A stretch of 64,000 bases of DNA. It comes from Phyllobates terribilis (Eukaryota). Both the position numbers and the translations under genes were made by a program. The notes beneath the pieces are model-generated. The model was not told the origin of the DNA and ran no database searches. It saw only the letters and a list, made by a program, of their open reading frames with translations. The stretch spans positions 363,010,001 through 363,074,000 of the forward strand of contig NW_027362768.1 of assembly GCF_046119375.1 (NCBI RefSeq), given 5' to 3'. Within the stretch, counting starts at the first letter, position 1; each line of letters starts with the position of its first letter. Below, piece after piece: positions 27,443 through 53,130 of this stretch.

Positions 27443-29074
27443 CAGTGGGTACAGAAAGTATTCAGACCCCTTTAAATTTTTCACTCTTTGTTTCATTGCA
27501 GCCATTTGGTAAATTCTAAACAGTTCATTTTTTTCTCATTAAAGTACACTCTGCACCCCATCTTGACTGAAAAAAAACAGAAATGTAGAAATTTTTGCAA
27601 ATTTATTAAAAAAGAAAAACTGAAATATCACATGGTCATAAGTATTCAGACCCTTTGCTCAGACACTCATATTTAAGTCACATGTTGTCCATTTCCTTGT
27701 GATCCTCCTTGAGATGGTTATACTCCTTCATTTGAGTCCAGTTGTGTTTAATTAAACTGATAGGACTTGATTTGGAAAGGCACACACCTGTCTATATAAG
27801 ACCTCACAGCTCACAGTGCATGTCAGACCAAATGAGAATCATGAGCTCAAAGGAACTGCCCAAGGAGCTCAGAGACAGAATTGTGGCAAGGCACAGATCT
27901 GGCCAAGGTTACAAAAGAATTTCTGCATTACTCAAAGTTCCTAAGAGCACAGTGGCCTCCATAATCCTTAAATGGAAGAAGTTTGGGACCACCAGAAGTC
28001 TTCCTAGACCTGGCCGCCCAGCCAAACTGAGCAATCGTGGGAGAAGTGCCTTGGTGAGAGAGGTAAAGAAGAACCCCAAGATCACTGTGGCTGAGCTACA
28101 GAGATGCAGTAAGGAGATGGGAGAAAGTTCCACAAAGTCAACTATCACTGCAGCCCTCCACCAGTCGGGCCTCTATGGCAGAGTGGCCTGATGGAAGCCT
28201 CTCCTCAGTGCAAGACATATGAAAGCCAACATAGAGTTTGCTCAAAAACACATGAAGGACTCCCAGACTATGAGAAATAAGATTCTCTGGTCTGATGAGA
28301 CGAAGATAGAACTTTTTGGTGATAATTCTAAGCGGTATGTGTGGAGAAAACCAGGCACTGCTCATCACCTGCCCAATACAATCCCAACAGTGAAACATGG
28401 TGGTGGCAGCATCATGCTATGGGGGTGTTTTTCAGCTGCAGGGACAGGACGACTGGTTGCAATTGAAGGAAACATGAATGCGGCCAAGTACAGAGATATC
28501 CTGGATAAAAACCTCTTCCAGAGTGCTCAGGACCTCAGACTTGGCTGAAGGTTCACCTTCCAATTAGACAATGACCCTAAGCACACAGCTAAAATAACAA
28601 AGGAGTGGCTTCAGAACAACTCTGTGACCATTCTTGACTGGTCCAGCCAGAGCCCTGACCCAAACCCAATTGAGCATCTCTGGAGAGACCTGAAAATGGC
28701 TGTCCACCAACGTTCACCATCCAACCTGACGGAACTGGAGAGGATCTGCGAGGAAGAATGGCAGAGGATCCCCAAATCCAGGTGTGAAAAACTTGTTGAA
28801 TCATTCCCAAGAAGACTCATGGCTGTACTAGCTCAAAAGGGGGCTTCTACTCAATACTGAGCAAAGGGTCTGAATACTTATGACCATGTGATATTTCAGT
28901 TTTTCTTTTTTAATAAATTTGCAAAAATTTCTACATTTGTTTTTTTTCAGTCAAGATGGGGTGCAGAGTGTACTTTACTGAGAAAAAAATGAACTTTTTA
29001 GAATTTACCAAATGGCTGCAATGAAACAAAGAGTGAAAAATGTAAAGGGGTCTGAATACTTTCCGTACCCACTG
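27443..29074 (+). mobile_element. Near full-length, defective Tc1-family transposon (family A)
   Basis: TIRs at both ends. The transposase is broken by stops at ~28189 and ~28546 (ORFs 27742-28191, 28219-28548, 28624-28860). Confidence 0.95.
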
Positions 29075-32002
29075 TATATATTATCTTACATTTTTTATTT
29101 ATGCATTCACTGTGCTGTGGAATCCGAGCTATGGATGTGTATATGTATATCCCACCCATCTTTTAACACTTCGCCATTTTTAGGTCGAATATTCTCTTCT
29201 GAAAAGCCTTACTCCATTTTAAATAATAAAATTCTAAACTTCCTGCAGTCACCCCTAGAGGGAGCTCAGAAGCTTACTGCATACAGCTTTATTATTGGGT
29301 TCTATACGCAAACAGTATTCAGTAAGCTCCCCCTAGTGGTGACTACAGGCAGCTAGAATTTTAGTTTGTACAGGGAGCTCAGCTACAAACAGAGTTATAA
29401 ATTAATAAATTAGCTTTTTTGATTGAATGCACTTTTTAAAAAAAAAAAGAAACAAAAATAACTCCTATGCTCCGGAGTGCGCCTTTAACAATATGATCAC
29501 ATCACATATTTAAAGGGGAGCTTCAGGAATCGGCTTTGATGCTCCAGGCATTTAGTAAATAAAGTTTCTTAGAATTTTCTAGAATCAATTAACATTTGCC
29601 GTTTGTTGGGTTACATGGGAGAAATACGTATCCGCCAAGTGCCAAATTCTGAACTGTCACCAGCAAACATCAATTACTGGCAAAACGGAGAGAAGGCGTG
29701 CAAAGAGCCAATGTCAACACGTCAGTGTCACTTAAAGAAACAGTGAATGTCTTCCGACCCCATAAAGGTGCTAGAGGCAGACAGAGATGAGCGTCTGCCG
29801 CACACTGACTTTTATAGATCGCCAAACTTATCCTCATGGTCATGTAAAGAATTCACTGATATGTTTTATATAGTTCCAAAACTTTTTTGCACTTGAAAAA
29901 GTTCATAAATTGTCATGATTTTCAGTATGTTGGCTACGCAGCTCTCAATGCCAAGCAGCAGCTGCAAAAGCAAATCAAATTTTAGGTTGTGCAAAAAAAA
30001 AGTTAAAACGTGAACAAAACAATAACTAATAAGGTTAGAATAAAAAGTATTCAGAAGGACCAGCAGCAACTGGCAGAGCGGCTCATCTCTCTTTCCCAGC
30101 TTAAGTCAATTTTTGGGGGGTTGTTTAAGCATTTTTTTTTTTTAAAACCAGCATGGTCTAGGAATGTTTTTTTTTTGTTCTAGAATTTTTACCAAAAAGC
30201 TTCCTCATTATTGGATTGGTAAAATTGCAAAATGCTTTTAAAGACAAGCAACTTCATCTCTCAATCCTCAAGAATAGAGGTATTTTTAATTTTTTCAGTT
30301 TGCCATACCTTGCCTAGGTTGTCGGCCACCGCTGCATCTAATCAGAGGTGGTCGGTTTCCTAAGCAAAGAGCGCAGGCCGGATTGCAGGACGCAGCCAAC
30401 TTTAGGTCTCTGCTCTCCTCCGAGTTGCCCCAAGGGGGCTGCGAAATCCCCACCTATGATTTGCCCTAGGGAGAGATCGTCAATGTACAGTCCGGAGAAC
30501 CTTTAAATCATCTTGTATCATTAATTAAGTGGATGTCACACAGCGCGAGAGTCACTGGGGAGTCAGATGTTCTCGTCTGTCAATGTAACCCTATCCCGCG
30601 GCCTCTAAGCCTTGGCGCACACTTGTATTATACGAGGCCGATTTACATCATAGGTGGATTTGCAAGATACTAGACGGCCGCGCTGATCTGTCTGGATTAC
30701 TTGTAATATTCACTGATTAACCCAGGAAAACGTGGGCAGCTTTAAGTCATTTAAAGATAATACCGCAATCTGCGCTGTCCTGTCTGCCAACATATGGATA
30801 GAGATTTAAAGGGACACTCCGACTATGCCTCGTAATGATGCACCACAGTTTCCCTATATTTATACCCCCATATTCCCCCATCCATTCAGAATCAAGTAAC
30901 TCATGGGAATAAGTATTTAAATGTTTTGATAATCTCCTTTTATTAGCTGATTACCCTAAAGATAAGCTCATGAGTGTACTATGACTCTGGTAGCAGATGT
31001 TCACTATTGCTGCAGCACCCCCTGAGGAAAAATGAGGTATTACACAATCTCCATAAAAATAAATAATACATAAATGTTTTGAGTCCTCCAGACATAGAAA
31101 TGCTCCTTATATCCAATGAAGAACAGGAAGGAAAGAGGGTCAGGAGCTCAGGGGCAGCAAAGAGGGTCCTGACCATCCATGTTAACAACCTCAGGAAGTG
31201 CAACTCTGGAGCACAAACTGCTGCTTTAAGAGGTGAAATACTGTGCAGGGTAAGAGAAGATACTGGAATACATGTAAAACGACATCATTTAGGCAGATAT
31301 GTCTAGTAAGAATCTGTTTTCCTAGTTTAGACCTTGACCCCTTTATTAGAATTGGAGGGTCCCCCAATGATCCTGATAATGGATCCCCAGCAATCAACTG
31401 TGAGAGAACTCATTAGTAAGTGTTCAATATCCCTGCAGCACCCCCGCAGGGAAGATAAAGCATTGCATGGTGCCTATTGAGATGAATATAATGTATGGAC
31501 ATGTGGGGTCCTCCAAAGTCAGAATCTGGAAAAATTTGCCTAATATTGGACCTAAAAATGGGTTTTATAAATGGCACAGCCCCCTTAGTGGACAGAGGTC
31601 ATCATGGACGTGTGGGCGCTGCCACGTGTGTCTCTATAAGTCCTGATACCCAGTCGACGCTTCTCTTTCTACTTTACAATTGCATTTTGCTGAGAGCAGA
31701 AGGGGCACGTGGATCAGGCTGGCATCGCTGCCCGTCCATTAGCGCTGTCCTTACAGTAACATCTGAGCTCCTCGATGCCAGAATGAAATGCCAGAGCCCG
31801 GAACAGTCTTGGCAGTTTTGTGAGTTGACTTGGACCTAAGAAGAGGGTGAAAGGGTCCTCGAGGACAGCGGGAGGGCAGCTGCCGGCCGTGATGGTGAAG
31901 CTGAGATTATCACATGAGATATATATAATCTATGTATGTATACGGTAATCCGCTGCCTGTGATCACATTTCAGGGCAAGTTCCCGCATTAAGACAAAAAG
32001 CA

Positions 32003-45006
<13,004 letters not shown>

Positions 45007-45094
45007 TCGGATTCCTGCTGTTTCGTCACTTTGTTGCTCTTTTTATAATTTTTTTTTATTGTTATGACGTCAGAAATCACTACAAAGAAACATT

Positions 45095-45100
45095 AATAAA
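45095..45100 (+). terminator. Candidate polyadenylation signal of the SRPK gene
   Basis: AATAAA about 90 nt after the stop codon. Confidence 0.55.
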
Positions 45101-45419
45101 ATGTTCTGTGTAAAGACCCCGATATTTATCCTCCTGATTATAAGGGGGGTTACACACGCCCGACCCGACATGGTCTGAGAACTGACCATTATTTTCTATA
45201 TGGACGTGTGAACAGCCCCATAGACTATAATGGGTACCGGATCTATCCATGGAAAACACCAACGTGAAAAACAGGAGTCTGAACGCGGCCAAGCAGAAAA
45301 AGTCTATTAACGTGACACTTAAGTTCCAGGACAAATCTGCCTGATATAAAAATACAGACGAGGTATTAGTTATTCTGATATTATTTGTATATCTTTTAAT
45401 AATTATTTATTATTATTAC

Positions 45420-45481
45420 TGATAATAATAATGATAATAATAACATCAACAACAATAATAATAATAATAATAATAATAATA
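45420..45481. repeat. (AAT)n microsatellite, interrupted
   Basis: Directly visible. Confidence 0.9.
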
Positions 45482-45519
45482 TTACTCTTCGCCCTTGTGG
45501 CCACTGGTAGATTTATACT

Positions 45520-45711
45520 GCACTTCCTGGAGGTGTCATACTCGCCGCCGGCCGCAAGATGGCGCGCGTTCATAAGCAGGAAACTACTCTATGTTCGTCC
45601 GCTTCCTTTAGCGTTTCCGGTCACATGGTCCTGCTGGCTGAGGAGGAGGAGCGGGCACCGGTTGCGGCGGGAGTATTCTGGGGCTGAGAGGACGTTTATT
45701 TTTGGCTGGAG
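45520..45711 (+). promoter_or_regulatory. Housekeeping-type CpG promoter and probable non-coding first exon of the UBA-PTH2 gene
   Basis: ETS-like CACTTCCTG (45521), YY1-like AAGATGGCG (45556-45564) and TTTCCGGTCACATG (ETS + E-box), followed by donor GAG|GTGAGA at 45712. The first PTH2 coding exon is preceded by an acceptor, so an upstream exon is required. Confidence 0.55.
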
Positions 45712-46094
45712 GTGAGAACCTGGCGCTCAGGGGACGTGTGATGCCGGTGTGTGCGGGCTGAGCTGTGGCCGCCGGGTCTGTATGTGCAGGGGCCATTCAT
45801 ATCAGGGCGTAACCCTTCATTTGTACGATCTCCATGGTAACGGGGGGGGGGTCCATGCTGAGCTCTTAGCGACCATAGTTCTATCCCTTGACAACCCTAC
45901 TTTTTTTTTCTCCCATCTTTCTGAACAAGTCAGGTAGGACGGCGAGGGTAATCCTTCCCGCCATGGGCATTTTTTGCTCTTGTGTCTTTAGGGAGCTCCA
46001 CACCCCTAATAGACCTGCACCTGTGACTTCTGTATTCCAGTGTGTCGCCCCTCCCTTCTTTTATGACACCCCCCCCCTCTTTGCGTCGGCTGAC

Positions 46095-49000
46095 CCCCCC
46101 CCCCGCCCCGCCCTTTGCCTAGTGAGACGACCCCCCCCGCCCTTTGCCTAGTGAGACGACCCCCCCCGCCCTTTGCCTAGTGAGACGACCCCCCCCCCGC
46201 CCTTTGCCTAGTGAGACGACCCCCCCCCGCCCTTTGCCTAGTGAGACGACCCCCCCCCCGCCCTTTGCCTAGTGAGACGACCCGCCCTTTGCCTAGTGAG
46301 ACGACCGCCCCCCCGCCCTTTGCCTAGTGAGACGACCCCCCCCCCGCCCTTTGCCTAGTGAGACGACCCCCCCCCGCACTTTGCCTAGTGAGACGACCCC
46401 CCCCCGCCCTTTGCCTAGTGAGACGACCCCCCCCGCCCTTTGCCTAGTGAGACGACCCCCCCCGCCCTTTGCCTAGTGAGACGACCCCCCCCGCCCTTTG
46501 CCTAGTGAGACGACCCCCCCCCCGCCCTTTGCCTAGTGAGACGACCCCCCCCGCCCTTTGCCTAGTGAGACGACCCCCCCCGCCCTTTGCCTAGTGAGAC
46601 GACCCCCCCCCGCCCTTTGCCTAGTGAGACGACCCCCCCCGCCCTTTGCCTAGTGAGACGACCCCCCCCGCCCTTTGCCTAGTGAGACGACCCCCCCCGC
46701 CCTTTGCCTAGTGAGACGACCCCCCCCCGCCCTTTGCCTAGTGAGACGACCCCCCCCCCCGCCCCTTTGCCTAGTGAGACGACCCCCCCCCCCGCCCTTT
46801 GCCTAGTGAGACGACCCCCCCCCCCGCCCTTTGCCTAGTGAGACGACCCCCCCCCCGCCCTTTGCCTAGTGAGACGACCCCGCCCTTTGCCTAGTGAGAC
46901 GACCCCCCCCGCCCTTTGCCTAGTGAGACGACCCCCCCCCGCCCTTTGCCTAGTGAGACGACCCCCCCGCCCTTTGCCTAGTGAGACGACCCCCCCCGCC
47001 CTTTGCCTAGTGAGACGACCCCCCCCGCCCTTTGCCTAGTGAGACGACCCCCCCCGCCCTTTGCCTAGTGAGACGACCCCCCCCGCCCTTTGCCTAGTGA
47101 GACGACCCCCCCGCCCTTTGCCTAGTGAGACGACCCCCCCGCCCTTTGCCTAGTGAGACGACCCCCCCCCGCCCTTTGCCTAGTGAGACGACCCCCCCCG
47201 CCCTTTGCCTAGTGAGACGACCCCCCCCGCCCTTTGCCTAGTGAGACGACCCCCCCCCCGCCCTTTGCCTAGTGAGACGACCCCCCCCCGCCCTTTGCTT
47301 AGTGAGACAACACCCCCCCCGCCCTTTGCTTAGTGAGACGACCCCGCCCTTTGCTTAGTGAGACGACCCACCCCCCGCCCTTTGCTTAGTGAGACGACCC
47401 ACCCCCCCGCCCTTTGCTTAGTGAGACGACCCCCCCCGCCCTTTGCTTAGTGAGACGACCCCCCCCCCCGCCCTTTGCTTAGTGAGACGACCCCCCCCGC
47501 CCTTTGCCTAGTGAGACGACCCCCCCCCGCCCTTTGCCTAGTGAGACGACCCCCCCCGCCCTTTGCCTAGTGAGACGACCCCCCCCCGCCCTTTGCCTAG
47601 TGAGACGACCCCCCCCGCCCTTTGCCTAGTGAGACGACCCCCCCCCGCCCTTTGCCTAGTGAGGCGACCCCCCCCGCCCTTTGCCTAGTGAGACGACCCC
47701 CCCCGCCCTTTGCCTAGTGAGACGACCCCCCCCCCCGCCCTTTGCCTAGTGAGACGACCCCCCCCCCCGCCCTTTGCCTAGTGAGACGACCCCCCCCCGC
47801 CCTTTGCCTAGTGAGACGACCCCCCCCGCCCTTTGCCTAGTGAGACGACCCCCCCGCCCTTTGCCTAGTGAGACGACCCCCCCCGCCCTTTGCCTAGTGA
47901 GACGACCCCCCCCCCGCCCTTTGCCTAGTGAGACGACCCCCCGCCCTTTGCTTAGTGAGACGACCCCCCCCGCCCTTTGCTTAGTGAGACGACCCCCCCC
48001 GCCCTTTGCTTAGTGAGACGACCCCCCCCCCGCCCTTTGCTTAGTGAGACGACCCCCCCCCCCGCCCTTTGCTTAGTGAGACGACCCCCCCCGCCCTTTG
48101 CTTAGTGAGACGACCCCCCCCCGCCCTTTGCTTAGTGAGACGACCCCCCCCGCCCTTTGCCTAGTGAGACGACCCCCCCGCCCTTTGCCTAGTGAGACGA
48201 CCCCCCCCGCCCTTTGCTTAGCCCCGCCCTTTGCTTAGTGAGACGACCCCCCCCCGCCCTTTGCTTAGTGAGACGACCCCCCCCCGCCCTTTGCTTAGTG
48301 AGACGACCCCCCCCCGCCCTTTGCTTAGTGAGACGACCCCCCCCGCCCTTTGCTTAGTGAGACGACCCCCCCCCCCCCGCCCTTTGCTTAGTGAGACGAC
48401 CCCCCCCCCGCCCTTTGCTTAGTGAGACGACCCCCCCCCCGCCCTTTGCTTAGTGAGACGACCCCCCCCCCGCCCTTTGCTTAGTGAGACGACCCCCCCC
48501 CGCCCTTTGCTTAGTGAGACGACCCCCCCCCCGCCCTTTGCTTAGTGAGACGACCCCCCCCGCCCTTTGCCTAGTGAGACGACCCCCCCCCGCCCTTTGC
48601 CTAGTGAGACGACCCCCCCCCGCCCTTTGCTTAGTGAGACGACCCCCCCCGCCCTTTGCCTAGTGAGACGACCCCCCCCCCGCCCTTTGCCTAGTGAGAC
48701 GACCCCCCCCCCCGCCCTTTGCCTAGTGAGACGACCCCCCCCCCGCCCTTTGCCTAGTGAGACGACCCCCCCCCCTGCCCTTTGCCTAGTGAGACGACCC
48801 CCCCCCCGCCCTTTGCTTAGTGAGACGACCCCCCCCCGCCCTTTGCTTAGTGAGACGACCCCCCCCCCGCCCTTTGCTTAGTGAGACGACCCCCCCCCGC
48901 CCTTTGCTTAGTGAGACGACCCCCCCCCCGCCCTTTGCTTAGTGAGACGACCCCCCCCGCCCTTTGCTTAGAGACGACCCCCCCCCGCCCTTTGCTTAGT

Positions 49001-52000
49001 GAGACGACCCCCCCCGCCCTTTGCTTAGTGAGACGACCCCCCCCGCCCTTTGCTTAGTGAGACGACCCCCCCCCGCCCTTTGCTTAGTGAGACGACCCCC
49101 CCCCGCCCTTTGCTTAGTGAGACGACCCCCCCCCGCCCTTTGCTTAGTGAGACGACCCCCCCCCGCCCTTTGCTTAGTGAGACGACCCCCCCCCGCCCTT
49201 TGCTTAGTGAGATGACCCCCCCCCCGCCCTTTGCTTAGTGAGACGACCCCCCCCGCCCTTTGCCTAGTGAGACGACCCCCCCCGCCCTTTGCCTAGTGAG
49301 ACGACCCCCCCCGCCCTTTGCTTAGTGAGACGACCCCCCCCGCCCTTTGCTTAGTGAGACGACCCCCCCCGCCCTTTGCCTAGTGAGACGACCCCGCCCC
49401 CGCCCTTTGCCTAGTGAGACGACCCCCCCCCGCCCTTTGCCTAGTGAGACGACCCCCCCCCCGCCCTTTGCCTAGTGAGACGACCCCCCCCGCCCTTTGC
49501 CTAGTGAGACGACCCCCCCCCGCCCTTTGCCTAGTGAGACGACCCCCCCCGCCCTTTGCCTAGTGAGACGACCCCCCCCCCGCCCTTTGCCTAGTGAGAC
49601 GACCCCCCCCCGCCCTTTGCCTAGTGAGACGACCCCCCCCCCGCCCTTTGCCTAGTGAGACGACCCCCCCCCCCGCCCTTTGCCTAGTGAGACGACCCCC
49701 CCCCCGCCCTTTGCCTAGTGAGACGACCCCCCCTGCCCTTTGCCTAGTGAGACAACCCCGCCCTTTGCTTAGTGAGACGACACCCCCGCCCCCGCCCTTT
49801 GCTTAGTGAGACGACACCCCCGCCCTTTGCTTAGTGAGACGACACCCCCGCCCCCGTCCTTTGCTTAGTGAGACGACACCCCCGCCCCCGCCCTTTGCTT
49901 AGTGAGACGACCCCGCCCTTTGCTTAGTGAGACGACCCCGCCCTTTGCTTAGTGAGACGACGACCCCGCCCTTTGCTTAGTGAGACGACCCCGCCCTTTG
50001 CTTGGTGAGACGACACCCCCCCCCCGCCCTTTGCTTAGTGAGACGACCCCGCCCTTTGCTTGGTGAGACGACACCCCCCCGCCCTTTGCTTAGTGAGACG
50101 ATCCCCCAACCCCCCGCCCTTTGCTTAGTGAGACGATCCCCCAACCCCCCGCCCTTTGCTTAGTGAGACGACCCCCCCCCCCGCCCTTTGCCTAGTGAGA
50201 CGACCCCCCCCGCCCTTTGCTTAGTGAGACGACCACCCCCCCCCCCGCCCTTTGCTTAGTGAGACGACCCCCCCCCCGCCCTTTGCTTAGTGAGACGACC
50301 CCCCCCCGCCCTTTGCTTAGTGAGACGACCCCCCCGCCCTTTGCTTAGTGAGACGACCCCCCCCCGCCCTTTGCTTAGTGAGACGACCCCCCCCCCGCCC
50401 TTTGCTTAGTGAGACGACCCCCCCCCCCGCCCTTTGCTTAGTGAGACGACCCCCCCCCCCGCCCTTTGCTTAGTGAGACGACCCCCCCCGCCCTTTGCTT
50501 AGTGAGACGACCCCCCCCGCCCTTTGCTTAGTGAGACGACCCCCCCCCCGCCCTTTGCTTAGTGAGACGACCCCCCCCGCCCTTTGCCTAGTGAGACGAC
50601 CCCCCCGCCCTTTGCCTAGTGAGACGACCCCCCCCCCGCCCTTTGCTTAGTGAGACGACCCCCCCCGCCCTTTGCTTAGTGAGACGACCCCCCCCGCCCT
50701 TTGCTTAGTGAGACGACCCCCCCCCCCGCCCTTTGCTTAGTGAGACGACCCCCCCCGCCCTTTGCTTAGTGAGACGACCCCCCCCCGCCCTTTGCTTAGT
50801 GAGACGACCCCCCCCCGCCCTTTGCTTAGTGAGACGACCCCCCCCGCCCTTTGCTTAGTGAGACGACCCCCCCCGCCCTTTGCCTAGTGAGACGACCCCC
50901 CCCCCCGCCCTTTGCCTAGTGAGACGACCCCCCCGCCCTTTGCTTAGTGAGACGACCCCCCCCGCCCTTTGCCTAGTGAGACGACCCCCCCCCGCCCTTT
51001 GCCTAGTGAGACGACCCCCCCCCCCGCCCTTTGCCTAGTGAGACGACCCCCCCCCCCGCCCTTTGCCTAGTGAGACGACCCCCCCCCCGCCCTTTGCTTA
51101 GTGAGACGCCCCCCCCGCCATTTGGTTAGTGAGACGACCCCCCCCCCGCCCTTTGCTTAGTGAGACGACCCCCCCCCCCGCCCTTTGCTTAGTGAGACGA
51201 CCCCCCCCCGCCCTTTGCTTAGTGAGACGACCCCCCCCCCGCCCTTTGCTTAGTGAGACGACCCCCCCCGCCCTTTGCTTAGTGAGACGACCCCGCCCTT
51301 TGCTTAGTGAGACGACCCCCCCCCCCGCCCTTTGCTTAGTGAGACGACCCCCCCCCGCCCTTTGCTTAGTGAGACATCCCCCCCCCGCCCTTTGCTTAGT
51401 GAGACGACCCCCCCCCCGCCCTTTGCTTAGTGAGACGACCCCCCCCCCGCCCTTTGCCTAGTGAGACGACCCCCCCCCGCCCTTTGCCTAGTGAGACGAC
51501 CCCCCCCGCCCTTTGCCTAGTGAGACGACCCCCCCCGCCCTTTGCTTAGTGAGACGACCCCCCCCGCCCTTTGCTTAGTGAGACGACCCCCCCCCCCCGC
51601 CCTTTGCTTAGTGAGACGACCCCCCCCCGCCCTTTGCTTAGTGAGACGACCCCCCCCGCCCTTTGCCTAGTGAGACGACCCCCCCCCCCCCCGCCCCCGC
51701 CCTTTGCCTAGTGAGACGACCCCCCCCCCGCCCTTTGCCTAGTGAGACGACCCCCCCCCGCCCTTTGCCTAGTGAGACGACCACCCCCCCGCCCTTTGCC
51801 TAGTGAGACGACCCCCCCCCGCCCTTTGCCTAGTGAGACGACCCCCCCCCGCCCTTTGCCTAGTGAGACGACCACCCCCCCGCCCTTTGCCTAGTGAGAC
51901 GACCACCCCCCCCCGCCCTTTGCCTAGTGAGACGACCCCCCCCCCGCCCTTTGCCTAGTGAGACGACCCCCCCCCCGCCCTTTGCCTAGTGAGACGACCC

Positions 52001-52725
52001 CGCCCCCCGCCCTTTGCCTAGTGAGACGACCCCGCCCCCCGCCCTTTGCCTAGTGAGACGACCCCCCCCCCGCCCTTTGCCTAGTGAGACGACCCCCCCC
52101 GCCCTTTGCCTAGTGAGACGACCCCCCCCCGCCCTTTGCCTAGTGAGACGACCCCCCCCGCCCTTTGCCTAGTGAGACACCCCCCACCGCCCTTTGCCTA
52201 GTGAGACGACCCCGCCCTTTGCTTAGTGAGACGACACCCCCGCCCCCGCCCTTTGCTTAGTGAGACGACACCCCCGCCCTTTGCTTAGTGAGACGACACC
52301 CCCGCCCTTTGCTTAGTGAGACTACACCCCCCCCGCCCTTTGCTTAGTGAGACGACCCCGCCCTTTGCTTAGTGAGACGACCCCGCCCTTTGCTTAGTGA
52401 GACGACGACCCCGCCCTTTGCTTAGTGAGACGACCCCGCCCTTTGCTTGGTGAGACGACACCCCCCCCCCCCCCCCCCCGCCCTTTGCTTAGTGAGACGA
52501 CCCCGCCCTTTGCTTGGTGAGACGACACCCCCCCGCCCTTTGCTTAGTGAGACGATCCCCCAACCCCCCGCCCTTTGCTTAGTGAGACGATCCCCCAACC
52601 CCCCGCCCTTTGCTTAGTGAGACGACCCCCCCCCCCCCCCCGCCCTTTGCTTAGTGAGACGACCCCGCCCTTTGCTTGGTGAGACGACACCACCCCCCCC
52701 CCCCGCCCTTTGCTTAGTGAGACAC
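46095..52725. repeat. 6.6-kb C-rich/G-rich satellite, unit ~26-35 bp: GCCCTTTGC(C/T)TAGTGAGACGA(C)n
   Basis: Roughly 200+ head-to-tail units with a variable poly-C tract. Confidence 0.98.
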
Positions 52726-53130
52726 ACGCCTCCCCCCCCACGCGGACTCTTTGGGTCGGCCGACGCCTCCCCCCTTTTGTGTCCCATTAGCTCACTGCTC
52801 AGCTGCACATGCACCCAATCACCACCGGGGGCGTCGTGGGTTTTTACTTGCCCCAATCCAGAATGAAAGGTGCAACACAGCAGCGTCAGCTCTGGGTAAA
52901 AAGCACAAATCTCCAAAATAATCCACAATGTACATCCCCCTGTAATAATAAATATATATATATATGTTAATGTCGATCTACGACCACGGTGTTCGTTATT
53001 TGAAGCTTTTTACATTAATAATGGTGATTGCGGAGATCGCAGGACGTGAACTTGCCGCCGTGATCTGGATTTCATCGTCGTCTTTTGAGAATAAGCTGGA
53101 AATAAATGAAGGCGTCTTTCCTTTAGGATA

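Noticed and set aside
31079-31306. ORF as an N-terminal coding exon of SRPK
   Set aside because: Its donor at 31250 is phase 0, which gives a stop when joined to the acceptor at 31974, and the compatible frame contains TGA. At most it is a 5' UTR exon.
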